From: Alphaproteobacteria bacterium
GTDB taxonomy: Bacteria; Pseudomonadota; Alphaproteobacteria; UBA9219; RGZA01
Reading direction: 5' to 3'
DNA: 64,000 nt
NCBI GenBank assembly: GCA_021732145.1
Contig: JAKFVN010000030.1
Coordinates: 5,974-69,973, forward strand
Below the pieces are notes generated by a model. That model worked only from the letters and a program-made list of their open reading frames with translations, was not told the origin of the DNA and made no database searches. Both the position numbers and the translations under genes were made by a program. Each line of letters opens with the position of its first letter. The stretch's first letter is position 1. Below are positions 57,336 through 64,000 of this stretch, one piece after another.

Positions 57336-58508
57336 ATGGAACCGCATATTGAAATTTTGAATGACCTCGTTGCGTTTGATACGACCAGCCGCAATTCCAA
57401 TTTGATGCTCATCGACTATATCCGCGCGAAATTGTCGGTGTGCGCTGGCGTGCGCACGCACTTAGATATGAATGCGGATGGCACGAAGGCAAATTTGATT
57501 GCCAGCATCGGCCCTGAAGTGGATGGCGGCGTTTTATTTTCCGGCCACACGGACGTTGTTCCGATTGATGGCCAGCAATGGGATAGCGATGCATTTACGC
57601 TGACGCAAAAAGATGGATTGTTATATGGGCGCGGCACAACCGATATGAAGGGCTTTGTAGCCTGCGTGTTATCGCAAGTCGAAGCGTGGTCTAAAAGTGA
57701 TTTGCAGAAACCCATTCATCTGGTGTTTTCGTATGACGAGGAAGTAGGCTGCAAAGGCGTCATCACCGCAATTAATTATCTGAAAGCCCAAGGCGTTAAA
57801 CCGGATTTGTGCATTGTGGGCGAACCCACGGAAATGCAATTGGCAGTTGCGCATAATTCGCGCGCAAAAATCTGGTTCGATGCAACGGCAACAGGCGGTC
57901 ATGCATCCAAATACAATGACCCAACCATTACCAGCGCGCATGATGTGATGACGACATTGGCGGGCACATTGATGCGCGCGCGTCAGGATTATGGAGTTGT
58001 TTTGGGCGATGAAATGCTGGGCAACGCATCCATGGCATCCACGGGCGTGAAGACAATCTATACCAATAACGTTATTCCGGCTGCATTTGAAAACCATTAC
58101 GATTTCCGTGGTCGCCCCGGCATTACCGCAGCGGCGCTGGAAAATTATTTCAGCCATACGGCGCAAGCGGCCGTGGTGGAATATAAAACGCTGATGGGCA
58201 AAAGCGGCCATGCGGATTTGAAAGTGCGCGTTGAACTGGCGAACCCGGGTTTCAAATGCACCGATGATGCAGCGATTAAGCTTGGCCAACTCTTTGTCGG
58301 GAATGGCGAAGCGATTACCGTGCCTTATGTGTGCGAAGCAGCGCGTTTCTGGGAAGCGGGTTTTGTAAAAACCATTGTGGTGGGGCCGGGGAATATCTTG
58401 CAGGCGCATCAGCCGAATGAATTCATTGATCCAGCGCAGTTGAAGGCATGCAATGACTTCCTGAACCGTGCCGTTACAAAAATAACTGGTGCGAAGTTAG
58501 TGCTTTAA
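57336..58508 (+). CDS. Acetylornithine deacetylase / M20 family metallopeptidase (ArgE-like)
   Basis: M20 motifs (SGHTDVVP, GRGTTDMKG, DEEVGCKG). 390 aa, the typical ArgE length. Confidence 0.7.
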   Translation: MEPHIEILNDLVAFDTTSRNSNLMLIDYIRAKLSVCAGVRTHLDMNADGTKANLIASIGPEVDGGVLFSGHTDVVPIDGQQWDSDAFTLTQKDGLLYGRGTTDMKGFVACVLSQVEAWSKSDLQKPIHLVFSYDEEVGCKGVITAINYLKAQGVKPDLCIVGEPTEMQLAVAHNSRAKIWFDATATGGHASKYNDPTITSAHDVMTTLAGTLMRARQDYGVVLGDEMLGNASMASTGVKTIYTNNVIPAAFENHYDFRGRPGITAAALENYFSHTAQAAVVEYKTLMGKSGHADLKVRVELANPGFKCTDDAAIKLGQLFVGNGEAITVPYVCEAARFWEAGFVKTIVVGPGNILQAHQPNEFIDPAQLKACNDFLNRAVTKITGAKLVL

Positions 58509-59276
58509 AACCTGCATCTGAATGGGGCCTTCGGCGCGCCCATTGATGAATTGGTCGACATATTCATTGCCTGAATGGTCGATATCTTCCTTCTTACCGT
58601 TCCAGATAATCTGGCCCTGATAAATCATCGCAATGCGGTCGGCAATTTTGCGTGCGCTTGCCATATCATGTGTAATGGAAACTGCCGTCGCGCCAAGCGT
58701 ATGCACGCATTTCACAATCAAGTCGTTAATCACGTCCGCCATGATGGGGTCAAGGCCAGTAGTCGGTTCATCAAAGAAAATAATCTTCGGGTCTGCGGCA
58801 ATCGCACGCGCAAGTGACACACGTTTTTGCATGCCGCCCGATAATTCTGCTGGAAATAAATCAGCAACATCAGCGCCAAGGCCAACTTGCGATAGTTTAT
58901 GAACCGCGATGTCCTTCGCTTCCTTCGCGGGCATGCGGCGGGCTTGCATCAATTTGAAGGATACGTTTTTCCAAACGGGCAGGCTGTCGAACAACGCCGC
59001 GCCCTGGAACAGCATGCCGAATTCATCCAGCAGCACATCGCGCTTGCGCCCTTGCAGCGTGCGGGTTTCATTGCCATCAATTTTAATCGAGCCGCTATCG
59101 GCTTCCAGAATGCCCAGAATGCATTTCAGCGTTACGGATTTACCGGTACCCGAACCGCCAATGATGACGAGGGACTGGCCCTTTTCAACGCTGACATCCA
59201 CGCCGTTTAAAACTTTTTTCCCGCCAAACGCTTTGCGGACATTTTTAAGCTCGATTTTTGGAACTGTATTTGTCAT
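58497..59276 (-). CDS. mlaF: ABC transporter ATP-binding protein, MlaF family
   Basis: Walker A GGSGTGKS, signature LSGGMQKRVSLARA, and an MlaF-like C-terminal extension. Downstream of the MlaE-like permease. Confidence 0.7.
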   Translation of the reverse strand: MTNTVPKIELKNVRKAFGGKKVLNGVDVSVEKGQSLVIIGGSGTGKSVTLKCILGILEADSGSIKIDGNETRTLQGRKRDVLLDEFGMLFQGAALFDSLPVWKNVSFKLMQARRMPAKEAKDIAVHKLSQVGLGADVADLFPAELSGGMQKRVSLARAIAADPKIIFFDEPTTGLDPIMADVINDLIVKCVHTLGATAVSITHDMASARKIADRIAMIYQGQIIWNGKKEDIDHSGNEYVDQFINGRAEGPIQMQVLKH

Positions 59277-59293
59277 GGTGAATCGCTTGTTTT

Positions 59294-60118
59294 TTATTTG
59301 GCAAAGAAGAGGCCGGTCAGCAAATAATTGCTGATGAGGATGAGGATGGAGGAAGAAACAACCGCATTCGTCGTGGCTGCGCCAACGCCTTGCGCGCCGC
59401 CCTTGGAATTAAAACCGAAATAGCAACCCATGAGCGTGACGATGAAGCCGAAGGCCGATGCTTTCACTAACCCTGAGATAACGTCCATGTTTTCCAAATA
59501 GCGCCATGTCTGATCGACATAGTTCGCTGCGTTGAAATCCAGGCGATACACACTCACCAAAAAGCCGCCGAATACGCCGATAATGTCGGCGAGTAACACA
59601 AGCGCAGGGAGCATCGCGGTGCCAGCCACAATGCGCGGCACAACCAGGTATTTAATGGGGTTGGTGGAAAGGGTGGTCAACGCATCAATCTGTTCGGTAA
59701 CGCGCATGGTGCCAAGTTCAGCAGCAATCGATGCGCCGATACGGCCAGCGACCATAAGGCCCGCCATCACGGGGCCAAGTTCGCGGGTCATCGACAAGAC
59801 AACCACAGTTGCAATCGCGCCTTCGGCGGAGAAGCGGGAAAAACCCGAATAGCTTTGCAGCGCCAGCACCATACCGCTGAAGAGGGCGGTCAGGCCCACA
59901 ACCGGCAAGCAGTAATAGCCAATATCAATAAACTGGCGGATGAATTGCGACATATAAAAGGGCGGGCGGATGCAATGCGAAACGGAGCGGATGGTAAAAA
60001 ACGCAAATGCGCCGGTGGATTGGAAGAAACCAAGAGTGGCAGCGCCCAGAAGCTGACACAGCTTCAGCAGTTTCGTTTTTACCAAATCGCGGATTTGAAT
60101 TAGCTGTTCTTGGCTCAT
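59294..60118 (-). CDS. mlaE: ABC transporter permease, MlaE family
   Basis: About 270 aa with 5-6 TM helices and MlaE-like conserved segments (LGPVMAGLMVAGRIGASIAAELGTMRVTEQIDAL). Confidence 0.7.
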   Translation of the reverse strand: MSQEQLIQIRDLVKTKLLKLCQLLGAATLGFFQSTGAFAFFTIRSVSHCIRPPFYMSQFIRQFIDIGYYCLPVVGLTALFSGMVLALQSYSGFSRFSAEGAIATVVVLSMTRELGPVMAGLMVAGRIGASIAAELGTMRVTEQIDALTTLSTNPIKYLVVPRIVAGTAMLPALVLLADIIGVFGGFLVSVYRLDFNAANYVDQTWRYLENMDVISGLVKASAFGFIVTLMGCYFGFNSKGGAQGVGAATTNAVVSSSILILISNYLLTGLFFAK

Positions 60119-61212
60119 GATTTCACTTCAATATAGCTTCGTTCGATACGGTTGCCTAAATGCGTCATCAATTCATAACCGATGGTGCCAATTTGCGCGG
60201 CCCAATCATCAATGCTTTGATGCGCGCCCACAATTTCAACCATGCCGCCGACATGCACAAGATTTTCCGGAACCTTGCTGACATCCACCATCACCAAATC
60301 CATTGAAACGCGGCCAATCACTGGCACGGCAATTCCGTGAAGATAAAAATGATGACCGGTGGTTTGGTCGCTATTGCTAAAAACACGATGCAAGCCATCG
60401 GCATATCCATATGCCAATGCGGCCAGCCGCATGCCTTTTTGAACACGTTGCGTTGCACCGTAGCCAACGGTGCCATTACTGTCAATTGAACGTAGCTGGA
60501 TAATGGGTGCGTGGACAGATAGCGCGTTTTTAAGCCCTTTTAGGCCATTCGTTCCAGAAAGCGCCCGGCCGGGGCGCACCTGGTCGAAATGCATTTGCGA
60601 GCCTAAGAAAACACCATGCGAATTCGCCAATGTTTTTTTAGCGGAAACAAAATGTTTTGTTGCCCCAATGAATTTTTCGCGTTGCTGTTCATTCATGGGA
60701 TGCAGCGGTTCATCGGAACATGCAAAATGGCTCATCACCATTTTTACATCAACGCCGTCAATCAAACTGGGCGTGTGAACTAACATGTTCCATTCCGTTG
60801 CACCAAAGCCGATGCGGTTCATGCCCGTATCAACATGCAAATTCACCGGAATGGCCTTGCCAATGTTCTTGGCGGTTTCACGCATGCGGGTAAGGGTCCC
60901 AAGGTCAGTGATAATCGGCGTGATGTTTTTTTCAAACGCTTCCGTTTCATGGCCTTTTGGAATGCCATGCAAAACATAGATGGTGGTATCGGCATGCAGC
61001 GCGCGAACGGCTAATGCTTCTTCGAGATGCGCTACATAAAACGTGCGGCAACCCGCGCCGTACAATGTTTTGGCAAGGCGGATTGCGCCAAGGCCGTAAC
61101 CATCGGCTTTAATCGTTGCCGCAACCTCGGTATTGCCGCACATGATTTGCAATGTGAGCAGATTTTCTGCGATAACGCCTAAATCAATGGTGGCAAGAGG
61201 GCCTGCAATCAC
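60115..61212 (-). CDS. alr: Alanine racemase
   Basis: PLP-binding Lys motif (IKADGYGLG) and a C-terminal alanine-racemase beta domain. 365 aa. Confidence 0.85.
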   Translation of the reverse strand: MIAGPLATIDLGVIAENLLTLQIMCGNTEVAATIKADGYGLGAIRLAKTLYGAGCRTFYVAHLEEALAVRALHADTTIYVLHGIPKGHETEAFEKNITPIITDLGTLTRMRETAKNIGKAIPVNLHVDTGMNRIGFGATEWNMLVHTPSLIDGVDVKMVMSHFACSDEPLHPMNEQQREKFIGATKHFVSAKKTLANSHGVFLGSQMHFDQVRPGRALSGTNGLKGLKNALSVHAPIIQLRSIDSNGTVGYGATQRVQKGMRLAALAYGYADGLHRVFSNSDQTTGHHFYLHGIAVPVIGRVSMDLVMVDVSKVPENLVHVGGMVEIVGAHQSIDDWAAQIGTIGYELMTHLGNRIERSYIEVKS

Positions 61213-61227
61213 GCTTATTCATCCGCC

Positions 61228-62721
61228 CTATTCATCAGATTGGCTTTGTTGCAAATCAGAGAAGCGCGTGAACGCACCTTCAAAGTGCAGTTCAACCGTG
61301 CCAATGGGGCCGTGACGTTGTTTCGCAAGAATAACTTCAGCGATGTTGTGAATTTTTTCGCCGCGTTCCTGCCAATCGGTATAACGGCGGTTGAATTTCG
61401 CATCGTCTTCATTTTCGCGGCGCATCGGCTCTGTGCGCGAATGGTAGTATTCTTCGCGGAACACGAACATCACCACGTCGGCATCTTGTTCAATCGCGCC
61501 TGACTCACGCAAATCCGACAATTGCGGGCGTTTATCTTCACGCGCTTCCACGTTACGCGAAAGCTGTGATAGCGCCAGCACGGGAACGTTCAATTCCTTC
61601 GCAATCGCTTTTAAACCACGGGTGATTTCGGAAACTTCGTTCACGCGGTTTTCTTCCTTGCGGCTGCCGGAACCCTGCATCAGCTGCAAGTAATCGATGA
61701 CGATTAAGCCAAGACCATGCGCGGAACGCTTCATGCGGCGCGCGCGGGTACGCAGCGCGGCGATGGAAAGCGCGGGCGTGTCATCGATATAAAGCGGGAT
61801 GCGTTCCAGCTCCTTGATGCTTTCGACAATCTTCGTATACTCTTCGCGCTTAATCTGGCCGCGGCGAATGTCGTTTGATGGAATGCGCGCATATTCACTG
61901 ACGAGACGCGTGGAAAGTTGTTCCGCCGACATTTCAAGGGAGAAGAAACCCGTCACGGCGCCCATCTTGCCGCCGGTTTCAACGAAACTGCGTGCGGCAT
62001 TGAATGCGATGTTGGTGGCGAGCGCGGTTTTACCCATCGAAGGACGACCCGCAAGAATGATGAGATCGGAACGCTGCAATCCGCCCAATTTATGATCCAT
62101 ATCGCGCAGGCCAGTGGTGATACCGGTAATATGGCTATCGCTTTTATACGCGGCTTCGAAGGTGACTTGGGCCTTTTGCAAGCTGGCGCCAAGGCTGACA
62201 AAGCCGCCGCGCGTATCGCCGGTGGTAGCCAGTTGGAACAGTTTTTGTTCGGCTTCTTCCACTTGCTGGATGGCTTGCGTTTCAACTGCGCCATCAAACG
62301 CATCGGTCACGACATCCGTGCCGATATTGATAAGCTGGCGGCGCAGATGCAAATCATGGATGGTTTGGCCGTAATCAGCCGCGTTGATGATGCTGACATA
62401 ACTTCCGGTTAGTTGCGCCAAATAATCATCGCCGCCCAATTGCGTAATTTCAGGATCGCTGGCAAAGAAATGCTTCAGCGTAATCGCATCGGCTTTTTGG
62501 CCGCGTTCAATCAGCGTGATGGCAGCCTGATACATTTTGCCGAACACGGGATTATAAAAATGCTCGGGGCGCAAAAACTCGCTCACTTTTTCATAAGCGA
62601 GGTTGTTGCCTAAAATCGCGGCCAGCAATGCTTGCTCCGCATCCAGATTATGGGGCGGTAAACGGGACGGCGCGGGGTTGTTAGGCCGCAATACAACAAG
62701 TTCGTTACTGGTTTGTGGCAT
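61228..62721 (-). CDS. dnaB: Replicative DNA helicase DnaB
   Basis: N-terminal DnaB domain (PHNLDAEQALLAAIL) and C-terminal RecA-like helicase with Walker A GRPSMGKT and Walker B DYLQLM. 497 aa. Confidence 0.9.
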   Translation of the reverse strand: MPQTSNELVVLRPNNPAPSRLPPHNLDAEQALLAAILGNNLAYEKVSEFLRPEHFYNPVFGKMYQAAITLIERGQKADAITLKHFFASDPEITQLGGDDYLAQLTGSYVSIINAADYGQTIHDLHLRRQLINIGTDVVTDAFDGAVETQAIQQVEEAEQKLFQLATTGDTRGGFVSLGASLQKAQVTFEAAYKSDSHITGITTGLRDMDHKLGGLQRSDLIILAGRPSMGKTALATNIAFNAARSFVETGGKMGAVTGFFSLEMSAEQLSTRLVSEYARIPSNDIRRGQIKREEYTKIVESIKELERIPLYIDDTPALSIAALRTRARRMKRSAHGLGLIVIDYLQLMQGSGSRKEENRVNEVSEITRGLKAIAKELNVPVLALSQLSRNVEAREDKRPQLSDLRESGAIEQDADVVMFVFREEYYHSRTEPMRRENEDDAKFNRRYTDWQERGEKIHNIAEVILAKQRHGPIGTVELHFEGAFTRFSDLQQSQSDE

Positions 62722-62820
62722 GGTTCAATTCTATGAGATTCGAAAGGAGAGAAGGTAGATTTTTGCTACCTCAATTGCATCCGTTAATTAATTAACACCC
62801 TGTGGATAGCGTGGGTAGAA

Positions 62821-63426
62821 TTAACCCCGCCATTCACTGCGCAAAGCTTCACCAAAACGCGCAAACCAGCTTAATCCATAAAGGGTTGGCAGGTTTCTGA
62901 TTTTGCCATTATCCATCCACGCAATAGCTTCTGCGCGGCTGATAATATGCGTCTTAATGTTTTCGTCTTCTTCCACCAATCCAAAGATTTTGGAGGTGGT
63001 ATCGGGCAAGTCCACTTCGCCAACAAAGAAATGGAACATTTCATCGCAGCTTCCCGGCATCGTAAAGCCGCCGGGCATGGCCTTTACGCGCTTTACATTT
63101 AGGCCTGCTTCTTCATGCGCTTCGCGGCGCGCGACGTCTTCCGTTTCTTCGCGTTTATCCATTAAACCTGCGACCATTTCAATCGACCACGGATTATCAC
63201 CGCCCGTAAACAAACCGCAGCGGAATTGTTCGATTAAACACACGCGGTCAGTGATGGGGTCATAGGGCAGGAGTGCAACGGCGGAATTTCGGATAAACAC
63301 TTCGCGCGTGAATACACGGCTGACACCGCCTTGAAATAATGCATGGCGATAGCGATGACGCTCAAGTCGCAGCCAGCCCTGAAACAGGGTCTCGCGCTCC
63401 AGCAGCTCTACATCGTCACGGTTCAT
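62821..63426 (-). CDS. NUDIX hydrolase (ADP-ribose pyrophosphatase-like)
   Basis: Nudix box GLMDKREETEDVARREAHEEAGL, and GG(F)TMPG near the C-terminus as in NudF. Confidence 0.7.
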   Translation of the reverse strand: MNRDDVELLERETLFQGWLRLERHRYRHALFQGGVSRVFTREVFIRNSAVALLPYDPITDRVCLIEQFRCGLFTGGDNPWSIEMVAGLMDKREETEDVARREAHEEAGLNVKRVKAMPGGFTMPGSCDEMFHFFVGEVDLPDTTSKIFGLVEEDENIKTHIISRAEAIAWMDNGKIRNLPTLYGLSWFARFGEALRSEWRG

Positions 63427-63442
63427 AATGAATTGGGAGAAA

Positions 63443-63517
63443 TGGCTCCTCGAGTAGGATTCGAACCTACGACCAAGCGATTAACAGTCGCTTGCTCTAC
63501 CACTGAGCTATCGAGGA
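63443..63517 (-). tRNA. tRNA-Asn (anticodon GTT)
   Basis: Reverse complement reads TCCTCGATAGCTCAGTGGTAGAGCAAGCGACTGTTAATCGCTTGGTCGTAGGTTCGAATCCTACTCGAGGAGCCA. It has an acceptor stem, D-arm GCTC/GAGC, anticodon loop CTGTTAA, TPsiC GGTTCGAATCC and encoded CCA. It resembles the E. coli tRNA-Asn. Confidence 0.85.
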
Positions 63518-63622
63518 ACAGGGGGCGAAGGCAGTCGTTATACAAAGAAAAGCGGGGGATGCCAAGGGTCGCGTTGAATTATTTTAAAAAGTGGTTTTCA
63601 GCGTATTAAAAGGCGTATTCGC

Positions 63623-64000
63623 TTAAAATACGAGTCCGATGACGGGTACGCGCCAATGGCTGGAAGTGACGGGCTGCCCGTTAAGCATGGCGGGTCTGAC
63701 CACGGTGATTACCGTTTCCAAGCCATTAAAATTGGTGCGTGTCCATGATTTGTCTTTTTGGAATTCAGGCGTTTTGACAACCGCAGATAAATCAAACGGT
63801 GTAAATCGTGGGCCAACTTCGGTTTTATCAGTTGGTTGGAATTGGATATTGAACGCATCAAAGAATGGTTTGAAACCATCGGCCATCGTTCCGGGCCGAT
63901 TGATGACTTCATATCCGGGGTTTTTTCTGTAAGGCGCGCGCCATGTGGGGTCAGGTACTAATGCACTTATATTCGCGCGATATTTCGTTTGAACAATTTC
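63623..64000 (-). CDS. Partial CDS (5' end beyond window): hypothetical protein C-terminal region
   Basis: The minus-strand frame is open from the window edge through ...VPDPTWRAPYRKNPGYEVINRPGTMADGFKPFF... to the stop at 63623. The ORF track lists only the part from the internal Met (63886). Confidence 0.35.
   Translation of the reverse strand, partial: EIVQTKYRANISALVPDPTWRAPYRKNPGYEVINRPGTMADGFKPFFDAFNIQFQPTDKTEVGPRFTPFDLSAVVKTPEFQKDKSWTRTNFNGLETVITVVRPAMLNGQPVTSSHWRVPVIGLVF

Noticed and set aside
62795-62810. DnaA-box-like 9-mer (TGTGGATAG, reverse complement CTATCCACA) upstream of dnaB.
   Set aside because: It is a single copy with one mismatch to TTATCCACA and there is no cluster of boxes or AT-rich unwinding element, so it is not evidence for an origin or DnaA regulation.

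Overview
This 64 kb window is mostly housekeeping chromosome. The gene content and local synteny (hom-glpX-recJ, yfgM-bamB-der, purF-cvpA, fabI/aroC neighbourhood, a class I PHA synthase) are typical of an alphaproteobacterium-like genome; that taxon is my inference, not a search result. GC looks roughly 50-55% by eye.

Recognisable genes:
- Branched-chain amino-acid ABC transporter livG-livF-livK.
- phaC, hom, glpX, recJ, parE, glmU, glmS.
- Class II DAHP synthase, gmhA/gmhB, aroC, fabI.
- A DnaJ-domain protein, pdxH, thrS.
- Sensor kinase/response regulator pair next to a ROK kinase and nagA.
- yfgM-like/bamB/der, purF-cvpA, radA, an ArgE-like deacetylase, mlaE/mlaF-like ABC genes, alr, dnaB, and a NUDIX hydrolase.
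- Two tRNAs on the minus strand: tRNA-Glu(TTC) at about 508-583 and tRNA-Asn(GTT) at about 63443-63517.

I see no rRNA, CRISPR array, transposase or integrase.

Lineage-specific genes I cannot name are interleaved with this backbone:
- Three tandem paralogous small secreted cysteine-rich proteins wedged between fabI and aroC with overlapping junctions; one carries in-frame tandem DNA repeats.
- A tandem pair of paralogous unknown proteins, plus a small secreted protein, downstream of aroC.
- A 405-aa protein with an N-terminal cytidine/guanine-deaminase-like zinc motif (HAE...CxxC) fused to an unknown 250-aa region, next to a Pro/Tyr/Gln-rich low-complexity protein.
- An HEXXH-motif protein convergent with a His-rich protein that has perfect 12-nt tandem repeats and starts 1 nt after the thrS stop.
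- An AT-rich three-gene XRE-regulator cassette.
- A GC-rich palindromic REP-like element inside the livK signal-peptide region.

Coordinates I derived by hand (tRNAs, alternative starts, repeats) may be off by 1-2 nt; ORF-track coordinates are used otherwise. The ORF track reports TTG/GTG starts as M, so several starts were moved to nearby ATG codons.
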